A stretch of 64,000 bases of DNA from an uncultured Chthonomonadaceae bacterium (GTDB taxonomy: Bacteria > Armatimonadota > Chthonomonadetes > Chthonomonadales > Chthonomonadaceae), in contig CAWFQB010000001.1 of the NCBI GenBank assembly GCA_963817895.1, forward strand, positions 1,088,001 through 1,152,000. The letters are read 5' to 3'. Positions 37,415 through 47,074 of this stretch are shown piece after piece. Position numbers and translations under genes: made by a program. Under the pieces are notes generated by a model. The model searched no databases. It was given only the letters and a program-made list of their open reading frames with translations, and was not told the DNA's origin. Positions within the stretch are counted from its first letter, which is position 1. Each line of letters begins with the position of its first letter.

Positions 37415-40330
37415 TCAGGATACGAGGCGCGGGGCTTTTTCCGGGGCGGGAGTGGACGCGAGCGATTGCTTCATTGGGGCCTCGTCCAGATTTGCGCGCA
37501 GGCGGCGGGCGAACCACGCGCTTGCCTGTAGAATGGCCTGCCCCTGCTGCGCCTGAAGCGTTTCGTCGTGCAGCAGCGCGCGCTGGCTGGCGTCCAGATG
37601 CCAGGATGTCATCACATGTTCCTGGTTGAGTTCGCCCGCGCGCACGGTATAGAACGCGACATTGTCGCCCTCGAAACCGAGCGTGTATTTTTCCGCGGTT
37701 TGCGTCCTGCCCACAACAGGCTGTAACGGTTTCAGGCCCCGTTCGCCCCCCTCCTTGTGTTCCAATTCCTCTTCAAAAAGGGCGCGCAGTTCTTCCAGAT
37801 ATTCGCTGTGCAGGGCGGATTGCGTGTTGATATTGGCGCGCCACATCCCATTCATAACGGCGGAGAGATTGTAGAACAGGGAAGCGAGCAGAGACATGCC
37901 CGGATTGCGGGGCAGTTCGCCGCTGTCTATCTGGAAGATCAGGACGCCCCGCTTACGCGCTTCGTCGCGATTGGCGCGCAGCAGGGCCATTGCCGAGTCC
38001 ACGCCCGTATTGTCCAGGACGCCGCCATCGCAAATGTCGAGAATATCCGGTCTGCCATCCGCAAGCGTGACGGGTTCGCCCGGTTTGCCTTCAGGATGAA
38101 TTTTGTAGCGCCGGAACCGCATCAGCGGAAAGCCGAACGGAAAATTGGCGGACGCGCGCGCGGCGGAACGGAGGGGAATGTCCCAAAAGTTGTCCAGCGA
38201 ATTGAGGGTGTTGATCTGCGCGGGAAGCGGATCGAAGCGGTGCGCGGCCTGCCGCTCCGCCGCGTCCGGGTCCGGGGGCAGGTCGCTCGCGGTCTGGCGG
38301 CCTTTGCCGATGTTGTGGTCGCGGGCATCCGGGGCCACTTCGTCGGGCAGGTCGAGCGCGCCGCCTTCACCGAGATCGCGGGCATCCACCCAGGGGCCGA
38401 ACTTGGCGGACTCCTGAAAGGTGGTGGTATCCAGATTGGTGATCGCCAGTCGCGTCCCCGTGCCGGCCAGGGTCGCGTTCAGAATCAGGTTCGGCAACGC
38501 GCCGCAGCGCTCCGCTTCATAAAAATCGCTCAGGCGTACCGGCGTATCGTCGGCGGTTCCGGTATATTTTCCGCCCCGATACCAGGCAAAACTCTGCTCC
38601 CAGAATTTCTCGATGTTGGGGCCGCGCCCTATGGGATAACACGGAAAGTGGAAGCGGTGATGCCTTCGGTGGGGCATCCCTGCCCGGTTGTGCAGGCGGT
38701 CAAAGCTGGTGCGCCAGATGAAAAAACCGGAAATGCAGGCGGCCAGATGGTCCTGCGCCATCGCGTTGATGAACGGGTTGGCCTCGTAGTTTTGCTGCCG
38801 TTTTTCGCTGTCGCCGATTGGGGGCAGGGTCAGGCGGGCATTGGGGCTGACAAAAAAGGAGGCCAGGGGCTGCGGCAATCCTACTTCGTCGTACCAGGCG
38901 GTGACGGGGCGGGCTTCACGGGGAAGCATGCCGGTCGGATCGAAGAACTTGCGCATGGCTTGCCAGCGCGCCATGACCGGATCGGCGGCAAGGCTCTCAT
39001 CGCGTAGATAACGATGCAGCGATTCCACGTAGTAGGCCGCCGCAAGGCTGCCGCCGGAGACGCTGCTGATGGCGTCCGAGCATTGCAGCAGCAGCCGCCC
39101 CGGATACAGATTGCACTCCTCGACCGCTTCCGCCTGATACTTGCCCGCATCATCCGCATCGGACGGCAGGGAGTAGACAGCTTGCGTCGCCCACGCGATA
39201 TCCTCCTGCTGCGCAGAGGTCAGGGCTTCCGGGGGCGCGTTCTGCCACCACATGCGGCTGAGAATGCCTGCCGTGAACAGGGCGGCGCGGGAACCGCCGC
39301 CGGACGCGCAAATGATGACGACGGGACCGGCGTGGCCGGGGTTCCGCGCAATCAGGGTTTGGGGGCGGCCCCGCGTGGCGCGCGACGCGGCGTGGGCGGC
39401 GGGAACTTCCAGAAAATCCAGTGTTTTGAGCGGGTGTTCGCGGCAGTCGTCGTCGGCGTTGAGGATGGCTTTGCCGCCCTCCGTCCAGCGCCAGGGGGAA
39501 AACAGCCGCAGAACGATGAGGATGGGCGGCGCGAGCGAAAGCAGCGTGACGCCTCCGCCGATGCGCGTGTTCAATCCCAGCCAGAATTCCGCGATGCTCA
39601 GGCTGATGGTTCCCAAAACGCCGCATACGGTCAGCATCGCCATGCTGTGATAATCCACGCGGTCGGGGCGACCGGGATTGCGGCGCTGCGTGTTCCACAG
39701 CGACACAATGGCAACGCCGCACGGCAGCCACCAGATCAGCCATGTCCAGAGGGTGAGCCGGATAAAGCGTTTTTTCAGGTTGTCGGTGTCGCCGTCCAGC
39801 CAGCGTATCAGGGTGGGGCGTTCCAGGGTGGGGACATGCAGCGGCTCTTGCAGGCCGGCGTGGAGTTTGTTCAGGCCGGCGGGGTTCAGAGTATGCGACT
39901 GCCTGGCGGTGGCTTGCAGCGTGTCGTAGTGCGCCACCTGGCTTGCGGCGATCTGACAGAGAATGACGAACAGAAACAGCCAGCAGGCGAGGGTGATACT
40001 CAGATTGACCAGCCAGTTGAGCGTAAAATGCGTTCTGCCAATCTGAAATTGCCGCCGGTAGACGCCCGCTTCCGCCGCGCTGTTGGGCGCGAATATGTCG
40101 AAGAGCTGCCCCACTTTGCGGGTGACGATGGCATAAACGATGCCTGCCAGCAGAAAGAAATGAACCAGAACGGGGCCGAATACGCCGCGCTTGTAGTTCG
40201 CCGCCCATACCAGTATCCCCACAACAGCAGCGATTGCCAGCAGTCCTCCGACCTGTCGCCACCAGACAGGGGACGAAATCGGCGTGGAAGAATCCGCTTT
40301 GGGGGAAGAGACGCGCGCGACAGCAGCCAT
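37415..40330 (-). CDS. Multi-TM patatin/cPLA2-like phospholipase
   Basis: SGGGSRAA oxyanion hole, SVSGGS nucleophile, ASANFP, DGGVLDN. Confidence 0.8.
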   Translation of the reverse strand: MAAVARVSSPKADSSTPISSPVWWRQVGGLLAIAAVVGILVWAANYKRGVFGPVLVHFFLLAGIVYAIVTRKVGQLFDIFAPNSAAEAGVYRRQFQIGRTHFTLNWLVNLSITLACWLFLFVILCQIAASQVAHYDTLQATARQSHTLNPAGLNKLHAGLQEPLHVPTLERPTLIRWLDGDTDNLKKRFIRLTLWTWLIWWLPCGVAIVSLWNTQRRNPGRPDRVDYHSMAMLTVCGVLGTISLSIAEFWLGLNTRIGGGVTLLSLAPPILIVLRLFSPWRWTEGGKAILNADDDCREHPLKTLDFLEVPAAHAASRATRGRPQTLIARNPGHAGPVVIICASGGGSRAALFTAGILSRMWWQNAPPEALTSAQQEDIAWATQAVYSLPSDADDAGKYQAEAVEECNLYPGRLLLQCSDAISSVSGGSLAAAYYVESLHRYLRDESLAADPVMARWQAMRKFFDPTGMLPREARPVTAWYDEVGLPQPLASFFVSPNARLTLPPIGDSEKRQQNYEANPFINAMAQDHLAACISGFFIWRTSFDRLHNRAGMPHRRHHRFHFPCYPIGRGPNIEKFWEQSFAWYRGGKYTGTADDTPVRLSDFYEAERCGALPNLILNATLAGTGTRLAITNLDTTTFQESAKFGPWVDARDLGEGGALDLPDEVAPDARDHNIGKGRQTASDLPPDPDAAERQAAHRFDPLPAQINTLNSLDNFWDIPLRSAARASANFPFGFPLMRFRRYKIHPEGKPGEPVTLADGRPDILDICDGGVLDNTGVDSAMALLRANRDEARKRGVLIFQIDSGELPRNPGMSLLASLFYNLSAVMNGMWRANINTQSALHSEYLEELRALFEEELEHKEGGERGLKPLQPVVGRTQTAEKYTLGFEGDNVAFYTVRAGELNQEHVMTSWHLDASQRALLHDETLQAQQGQAILQASAWFARRLRANLDEAPMKQSLASTPAPEKAPRLVS

Positions 40331-40463
40331 TGTGCTTACTCCTGAAAGACATTCGTTTTTTGTTTCGCCTGTAAACAATGCCTGTATTCGTCAGAAGTTT
40401 TGTTTTTCCTGCATTACTGCTGACAACGGGCTGCCCGGAGAAAAATAATGCGGCGGAAGCTAA

Positions 40464-40585
40464 TGGACAAATCACTTAAACATGGTACATTCGCCTCACA
40501 CCGGCATATAAAATGCCAGTTGGAAAGGCCTGCGGCCAACCGTCCTACGGACGGAGGATTATCTCATGTTTAAGTGGTTTGTCCA
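40464..40585. mobile_element. MITE-like element, GNA-hairpin family copy C
   Basis: TIR TGGACAAATCACTTAAACATG / CATGTTTAAGTGGTTTGTCCA; TAA on both flanks; internal GGCC-TGC-GGCC and CCGTCC-TAC-GGACGG. Confidence 0.75.
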
Positions 40586-40904
40586 TAAGTACACGTCCCC
40601 ATAAATTATTTTTTCTATAGTGATTTCAGCAGGATTTCACACAAACACCGTTGAATCTTACTTATCATCGGTTTTTGATGCAACCACGCCGTTTTTACCA
40701 GATAAAAACGGTCATTCGATAAAATATGAGAGCAGAGGAGAAAGTCTTCATCTTCCCATAAGTTTAACGTCTATATGGTGCTTCCGGCTACTTCAGCCTA
40801 CTTTTGCCAGGTGCCACTGCCTCCTGGCATTGCGCCCAAATACCTCTTTGGGGTGATTTACGGAGTATGTCGATCTTCGGATGCATCCCTTAGAAGGGAC
40901 GATT

Positions 40905-41780
40905 ATGCACCTGCTGATAGGTGATTCACATGATTCATGCTGTGTGAGGGTTCGCGCTGTTCTGGAGGCGCGCCATTATCCGACCCGGATAATGGCAAAT
41001 CCATTTATACATCCGTCACGTTTTACATGGCGGTTGAGCAGTGAGCGTTCTTCCAGTCAGCTCCTCTGGGATGCGGAATTGCCGGTGACTGATGACCAGA
41101 TCACGGGGGTATTGGTAGGCAGAACCGGGTGGATTGATCCTGCCGGTTGGCAACCTGATGACCTGGCCTATATGCAGGCGGAGACGCAGGCGGCCCTGCT
41201 GGCCTGGTTATGGAGTTTGACTTGCCCGGTGGTCAACCGTTATCCCGCCGCGATATGGTATCACCCACAGGTTCCACTGTTGTTCTGGCAGCGATTATTG
41301 CGGCGCTGCGGCTTGCCAACAATGGAAACCCTGGTGACTAATGTAGAACAGGAAGCCGCGGTGTTCGGGCAGCGGCTGGCTCAGGAAGGGGTGGCAGGCG
41401 CTGTCTACGGACCGCTCACCAGCGCTGCGCGTTATCTGGTGACCAGTTCGGAGGATTGGCACGGCCTGGCTGCGATGCAGCGCTATGCGCCGGTTTGTCT
41501 GACTTATCCCCACGGGGCCGCAGAATTAGTCTGCGTCGTGGGCAAGCAGGTGGTGTGGAACGGTAAGCCCTCATCTGAGATAGCCCGGCTGGAGTCCGCC
41601 TGCCATCGCTTCGTCGCGGAAACAGGCCTGGCCTTCGTAGAAATGGCTTTTGCCTCCACCTCTCAGGGAATTTGCGTCATCGCCGTTGATCCCTATCCTA
41701 ACATTGAACGTTTTTGTGAGAAGGCCAGGCAGGAGATTGTAGAGGGACTTGTACATCTCCTCACGGCAGAGACGGGTTGA
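40905..41780 (+). CDS. Degenerate ATP-grasp-fold protein
   Basis: Parallel to the next gene (CPVVNR, CGLPTMETLVTN, VVGKQV, AVDPYP) but lacks the YK and EVN catalytic residues. Confidence 0.65.
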   Translation: MHLLIGDSHDSCCVRVRAVLEARHYPTRIMANPFIHPSRFTWRLSSERSSSQLLWDAELPVTDDQITGVLVGRTGWIDPAGWQPDDLAYMQAETQAALLAWLWSLTCPVVNRYPAAIWYHPQVPLLFWQRLLRRCGLPTMETLVTNVEQEAAVFGQRLAQEGVAGAVYGPLTSAARYLVTSSEDWHGLAAMQRYAPVCLTYPHGAAELVCVVGKQVVWNGKPSSEIARLESACHRFVAETGLAFVEMAFASTSQGICVIAVDPYPNIERFCEKARQEIVEGLVHLLTAETG

Positions 41781-41819
41781 CGTTGCAAGCGATCAGACAG
41801 ACTTACTAAGGAGGCGCTT

Positions 41820-42785
41820 ATGGTTATCGTTTGTGGCGGATTGGCCGATAGCGTGACGGAATTAGTATGTGCCCGGTTGATGGACTGCGGTTATCCTTAT
41901 CGCTTGCTTGATTTGCTAAACTATCCGCATGAATTTCAGATCAAATGGCACTGGCAAGGATCCGGTCCCTGTGGCTACATTGCCGGTCCCGATTGGAAAG
42001 TCGATCTGGAAGAGATAACCGGTCTGTATATCCGCTATCTGGGTCTGGAAGGTCGCAGTCCACCGCCCAACATCGCCGAGGAGGCCGCGCTGGCGCTGTA
42101 TTCAGAGTATGATACGGGCCTGATGATGTTAATAGAGGATTTGCCATGCGCGGTGGTTAACCGTTTCGGAGGCGGTATGTCCAACCACAGCAAGACTTAT
42201 CAGGCGCTGTTGGTACGCCAATGTGGTTTGCTGACGCCTCCTACGCTTGTTACCAATGACCCGGACGAGGCGCAGCGCTTCTACGCGGATTTTCACGGCG
42301 AGATTATCTACAAGTCCTTGAGCGGCATACGCTCTATCGTACGGCGACTGGAGGCACAAGAGTTGGACCGCCTGGCTTTGCTGCGCTACGGTCCGGCCCA
42401 GTTTCAATCCTTTATCCCAGGAGACAATATCCGCGTACATACCGTAGGCGAACAGTTATTCGCCACCCGAGTGCGTTCCGGCGCTGTGGATTATCGTTAT
42501 GCCACCCGCGAAGGACACAATGTGGAGATGGAACCTACGATATTACCGCCGGCTATCGCGGAGGCGTGCCTGCGCCTTGCGCGCGAGTTGGATCTATTAC
42601 TGACGGGGATTGACCTCAAAGAGACGCCAGAGGGTGACTACTATTGCTTCGAGGTGAATCCGTCTCCCGGTTTCTTGTATTATGAAAAATATACCGGTCA
42701 GCCGATTAGCGCTGCCCTTGCCGATCTACTACACAATGGTTTACAACCGGTATCCCACGAGGAGAAGAGGACGCCTATGCGCTGA
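41820..42785 (+). CDS. RimK/MvdC-D-like ATP-grasp ligase
   Basis: NHSKTYQ, PPTLVTND, IIYKSLSG, FQSFIPG.NIRV, VDYR, GIDL, FEVNPSPGF; RBS AAGGAGG. Confidence 0.88.
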   Translation: MVIVCGGLADSVTELVCARLMDCGYPYRLLDLLNYPHEFQIKWHWQGSGPCGYIAGPDWKVDLEEITGLYIRYLGLEGRSPPPNIAEEAALALYSEYDTGLMMLIEDLPCAVVNRFGGGMSNHSKTYQALLVRQCGLLTPPTLVTNDPDEAQRFYADFHGEIIYKSLSGIRSIVRRLEAQELDRLALLRYGPAQFQSFIPGDNIRVHTVGEQLFATRVRSGAVDYRYATREGHNVEMEPTILPPAIAEACLRLARELDLLLTGIDLKETPEGDYYCFEVNPSPGFLYYEKYTGQPISAALADLLHNGLQPVSHEEKRTPMR

Positions 42786-42865
42786 ATATGTTAGTCGCGC
42801 GAGAACCCCGTTCGTCATGCGAGAATTCGCAACATAAACCAAAGAGGATAAAGGAGAACATGAGA

Positions 42866-43366
42866 ATGGCAAAATCTAGTGAAGGCGCGGAAGGCACAAA
42901 CGCCGAGGCCAAACAGCCCTTCGTGTCACAGGAAGACCGTCCTGACGTGCGTATTGATCCCAACTCGCCACTCAGCGAGTTGCGTGTGCGGGACCTGTCG
43001 GTCATTCTGGCTTCGTTGGTGGGCAAGAACCCCAACTTCGAGGTGGGCAGTTCCCCGTCGAAGAACTTCTTCGATAAAGACTTCCCGGAAGTCGCCAAAA
43101 ACTGGGTCAAAGAGGCCAAGAGCGAGAAGTTCGAGACCAAGGAGGGCAAGGAGGGCAAAGAGGGCAAAGAGGGCAAGCACGAGAAGATCGAGGCCAAAGA
43201 GGGCAAGCACGAGAAGATCGAACACGAAGGAGTGTTTAATCCTGGAAACTTTGTGGAGCCGGATCCCAGAATGAGGCAGATTATCCAGGCCATGACAGGG
43301 CTGACGATGCAGGTGAACCAGCTCACCAATCAAGTGGAGGAGTTGCGCAAGAAAAGTTCGGGCTAA
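42866..43366 (+). CDS. Lys/Glu-repeat protein; putative ATP-grasp substrate or RiPP precursor
   Basis: KEAKSEKFETKEGKEGKEGKEGKHEKIEAKEGKHEKIEHE; C-terminal coiled coil; RBS AAGGAG. Confidence 0.7.
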   Translation: MAKSSEGAEGTNAEAKQPFVSQEDRPDVRIDPNSPLSELRVRDLSVILASLVGKNPNFEVGSSPSKNFFDKDFPEVAKNWVKEAKSEKFETKEGKEGKEGKEGKHEKIEAKEGKHEKIEHEGVFNPGNFVEPDPRMRQIIQAMTGLTMQVNQLTNQVEELRKKSSG

Positions 43367-43465
43367 ACGTCATTCGAAACCGTTCAATCACTAAGTAGCC
43401 AGCCGTTGAAGGTTCGTAGTTTTTGAGATATAGAATCTACGAACAATGACCGGGCGGCTACTTAG

Positions 43466-43499
43466 ATGGCGGCTTTTGCATAAATGCAGAAGCCGCCAT
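43466..43499. terminator. Hairpin after the ATP-grasp operon (possible terminator)
   Basis: ATGGCGGCTTTTGCA-TAAA-TGCAGAAGCCGCCAT; preceded by another long stem at 43391-43465. Confidence 0.5.
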
Positions 43500-43702
43500 G
43501 TCAGCGTAAGACAGCCTTTTTAAATGTATACTGTTTTGAACTTTCAGGTTCATAGTATAACCATTTTCAAGTCAGAGGTCAACATAATTCTGCCGGTATC
43601 AAGGCGATAATGAACTCTGGAGTTGTAGAGGGTTCCACTAAATATCTGCCGCGCGTATCCTGCGGACTCATATACTCTTTTGTCTACAGATTGAAAGTTT
43701 CT

Positions 43703-43932
43703 ACCCTCATCCGGGCTTCGCCCACCTTCTCCCTGCAAGGGAGAAGGCTAAATTATAAGCGTGGCGCGATTTTATTCGGTTGGCCGGACTGCAAGTTGGA
43801 TTCATGGAGTACCTGTTGACAATCCTTCCGTGTAAATTTTACCGGCAAGAGAAGATTCCCAATTACGAACGACGTGAACAATTTAGCCTTCTCCCTTGCA
43901 GGGAGAAGGTGGGCGAAGCCCGGATGAGGGTA
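43703..43932. repeat. Inverted pair of REP-like palindromes
   Basis: CCCTCATCCGGGCTTCGCCCACCTTCTCCCTGCAAGGGAGAAGGCTAAATT at ~43704-43755, reverse complement at ~43880-43930. Confidence 0.8.
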
Positions 43933-43954
43933 GAAACTCCCAACAACGCAACCC

Positions 43955-46399
43955 CTACGCGCCCCACACCCGCGCCAACACCGCCTTGATTTTCGCTTCA
44001 AACAGCCGTATCAGTTCCCGGTTCCCCGCCACCAGTCGCTGCTCCGCCTCAATCTCCGCCACGATTGCTTTTTGCGTTTCCAAAACTGGCAGAGGAATTT
44101 TAATAGAATTGAGTGCCTGCTGATTGAGTTTAGGTTGAGCCGAACCTGTCACAAAGTTTTCTATTGGAATAGAGTTTATGTACTCTTCGACGTACTTCTG
44201 CGTTGCTTTATCTGCAAATCGCAGCACATGAGCATGGTTGTTTACCCACACCTTTCCAGAAACCGAAAAGGCAATTGATGTTGTACGCGCTAGAAGATTT
44301 GCTCCATCTTCTGAAACAAGAAGTAAATCCTCATCAAAGATGAAATCAGCAACGTAGTCAACAATTCCTGAAGCACCATAGTAAGGGTATGGGCCGGGTA
44401 CACGATCATCCTTTGTGATTGGAACCCGCTTTGAGTCCAAGTTTTCGCATGTATCAGCCAACTCCACTATCGGCCAATCCGGGCTTATCAAAATCCGGGG
44501 CTTGTAGTTCTCGACCACCTGCCGCGCCCCGTCAATGATCTGCTGATAGCCTTCAATTTCCGCAACGATTTCCTGCTGCACATCCAGCGGCGGTATCGGT
44601 ATTCGGATACTTTCCACATCCGCTTGATTTATACTTGGATAGGCTCCCTTGCCCATCATTCCAATCATCTGGTCTATGCTTTGAGGAGATCGTAGTATTG
44701 AAATCAAAAACTCTGGCTTTACCACATTCGGCTTTGATCTTAGCACAGCAAAGCCCGTAGAAACGACAGTTCGCTCAGGAAGACTATGCAGTAATGTAAA
44801 TGCCTTTAGATTGGGTCTTACTGTTGAGAGAAGAACATCATTCTGCGTAACTTTTCGCCTTGCGCGACTTGGCGCTTCGTTGCTTATTATCGGAGTTCCT
44901 CCATTGAAGCAGCCCGTTTCATTTTCCACTGAAGAAATATCAATGTAGTTAATCTCCTGATTAGGGAAGGCTTCGGCAGGATTGATACTCCCAGGATTCA
45001 CCTCACAAACCGATTTCAACGTGACAAGTTCGTATTTAGAAGCTACAGATGTTGAGGCAAGATAGCGATCTGCGGTGAATTTATAATCGCCGCTTGCTGC
45101 AATTTTAGACTTGGGTACGACGTTGAGAGTACGGGAGTTTTCGGGCAGGAACAGGGTTTGATTGCGAAGGCTTTCCATCCATGCTTTTAGATGTTGGGCG
45201 GCGGTGGGGAGGTCGTTGGCTTCCGTTGCCCTGCGCTGCGCGCCCAAACCGAAGCCGTCGCTTTCGATCTTCACGAACAGAATGGAATCCGACGCTTTCG
45301 CCAGTTTGCGATCCATGATGAGAACGGAGGTTTTCACGCCGCTGTAGGGCTGAAACACACCGGCGGGGAGGGACACGACGGCCACGAGATAGTTCTTGAC
45401 CAGCATTTCGCGCAGTTGTTTGTACGCCGTGCCGGATTGGAAAATCACGCCTTCCGGCACGATGATGCCCGCGCGTCCGTTGGGCGACAGGTGTTCCGCG
45501 ATGTAGTCCACGAACAGGACTTCGCTGCGATTGGACTGCACCCCGAACCGCTTGTGCGGGCGGATGCCGCCTTTTGGCGACATGAACGGCGGATTGGCGA
45601 GGATCACGTCCGCGTGTTCGTTCCATTTTTCGTCACTGGTCAAGGTGTCGTACTCTTCGATATGCGGGTTGGAAAAGCCGTGCAGGTACAGGTTCACGAG
45701 GGACAGGCGCACCATGTCGGGCGAAATGTCGTAGCCGGTGATGTGTTCCGCCAGCCTGGCCCGCTCGTCGGGCGTCAGCAGGTCGCCGGGACGATGGCTG
45801 GTGTTCGCTTTGAGAATGTGCTTGTAGGAGGAGATGAGGAAGCCCGCCGTGCCGCAGGCCGGGTCCAGAATCGTCTCGTGCTTCTGGGGCGCAACCACAT
45901 TGACGATGAATTCGATGATGTGGCGCGGCGTCCGAAATTGCCCCGCGTCCCCCTGGCTGCCCAACACGGACAGCAGGTACTCGAAGGCATCTCCCAACCG
46001 CTCCGAATGGTCGTAGCTGAAGCCGTTGATCTCCTTCACGAACGCCCGCAGGGTTTCCGGGTCGCGATAGGGCAGATAGGCGTTCTTGAAAATGTCCCGA
46101 AACAGGCCGGGAATACCCGGATTGGCGGGCATTTTCTGAATGGCCTCGGAGTACAGGTTCAGCACATCGTAGCCGCCCAGTGTCGGCGACATCAGTTTGG
46201 CCCACCCGTAACGGGCGAACTCGCCCGCAAAGAACGTCCGCTCGCCGCCGAACTCTTCCGCTTCCGCGTCCATGTCGTCCATGAACTTGTAAATCAGGGC
46301 GATGGTGATCTGTTCCACCTGTGATTTGGGGTCGGGAACTTTGCCCACCAGAATATCGCGGCAACTGTCAATGCGGCGTTTCGTCTCGGCATCCAGCAT
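43955..46399 (-). CDS. hsdM: Type I RM methyltransferase-specificity (HsdM-HsdS) fusion
   Basis: GQFRTPRH, DPACGTAGFL, NPPF; C-terminal two TRDs each followed by IP(I/L)P.L..Q..IVAEIE repeats. Confidence 0.92.
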   Translation of the reverse strand: MLDAETKRRIDSCRDILVGKVPDPKSQVEQITIALIYKFMDDMDAEAEEFGGERTFFAGEFARYGWAKLMSPTLGGYDVLNLYSEAIQKMPANPGIPGLFRDIFKNAYLPYRDPETLRAFVKEINGFSYDHSERLGDAFEYLLSVLGSQGDAGQFRTPRHIIEFIVNVVAPQKHETILDPACGTAGFLISSYKHILKANTSHRPGDLLTPDERARLAEHITGYDISPDMVRLSLVNLYLHGFSNPHIEEYDTLTSDEKWNEHADVILANPPFMSPKGGIRPHKRFGVQSNRSEVLFVDYIAEHLSPNGRAGIIVPEGVIFQSGTAYKQLREMLVKNYLVAVVSLPAGVFQPYSGVKTSVLIMDRKLAKASDSILFVKIESDGFGLGAQRRATEANDLPTAAQHLKAWMESLRNQTLFLPENSRTLNVVPKSKIAASGDYKFTADRYLASTSVASKYELVTLKSVCEVNPGSINPAEAFPNQEINYIDISSVENETGCFNGGTPIISNEAPSRARRKVTQNDVLLSTVRPNLKAFTLLHSLPERTVVSTGFAVLRSKPNVVKPEFLISILRSPQSIDQMIGMMGKGAYPSINQADVESIRIPIPPLDVQQEIVAEIEGYQQIIDGARQVVENYKPRILISPDWPIVELADTCENLDSKRVPITKDDRVPGPYPYYGASGIVDYVADFIFDEDLLLVSEDGANLLARTTSIAFSVSGKVWVNNHAHVLRFADKATQKYVEEYINSIPIENFVTGSAQPKLNQQALNSIKIPLPVLETQKAIVAEIEAEQRLVAGNRELIRLFEAKIKAVLARVWGA

Positions 46400-46568
46400 A
46401 AAATAAAACTCTCCTTCAACATATCATTCAGCAACAGTATACGCCAGTATGAAGGAGAATGTCTGTTTGAAAGCCTGAATTTTCTTCCGGCTTGCCTTGA
46501 CAATTGGCGGCGTTGTGCCATACTAATGTTGTCACTATGCGCGCGCCTGCACTTCTGAGGATGGAAAT

Positions 46569-46778
46569 ATGCCTGTCTCAAACCTTGATAAAAAAGTCTC
46601 GCCTGAACTCGCGCCCGCTGTTCCAGACCTTGACCGACTGGAAGAAGAAGCCGATGAGTGTGAGTGGGAGAAGAAGTTTGCAGCTACACCTGACGAGAAA
46701 CTCAACAAACTCGTCGAGAAGGTTCGCGCCACTATTGAAGCAGGAAAGACCGGCCCACTGGACTTTACAAACAGATGA
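46569..46778 (+). CDS. Putative antitoxin
   Basis: 69-aa acidic ORF with ATGA overlap to the toxin gene. Confidence 0.7.
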   Translation: MPVSNLDKKVSPELAPAVPDLDRLEEEADECEWEKKFAATPDEKLNKLVEKVRATIEAGKTGPLDFTNR

Positions 46779-47056
46779 TTTCGCGGACTACGGATGAATT
46801 CTGGGAGTGCTACGATGGATTGCCTGAGCCTGCGCGTAACACAGCCAAACGGAATTATGCGCTATGGTCGCTGGATCATTTTCATCCAAGTCTGCATTTC
46901 AAGTGCGTCAAAGATACTGTTCCCCCGCTTTACTCCGTAAGGGTCGGATTGCATTATCGCGCTTTGGGGTTGAGGGACAAAACGGTAGAAGATACCATTA
47001 CATGGTTTTGGATAGGCACACACGCGGAATACGATAAACTCATTGATAGTTTATGA
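46775..47056 (+). CDS. RelE/ParE/HigB-like toxin
   Basis: F...Y..LP, HPSLHFK, YSVRVGLHYRALG, WFWIGTHAEYDKL. Confidence 0.8.
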   Translation: MISRTTDEFWECYDGLPEPARNTAKRNYALWSLDHFHPSLHFKCVKDTVPPLYSVRVGLHYRALGLRDKTVEDTITWFWIGTHAEYDKLIDSL

Positions 47057-47074
47057 GGCATTCGGGGTTGAGGG

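Noticed and set aside
37757..40475. Long alternative-frame ORFs (e.g. 37757-39007 +, 39014-40345 +, 39150-40475 -; also 45191-46324 + and 28060-29079 -)
   Set aside because: They overlap well-supported genes and have no motifs; expected shadows of GC-rich coding sequence.
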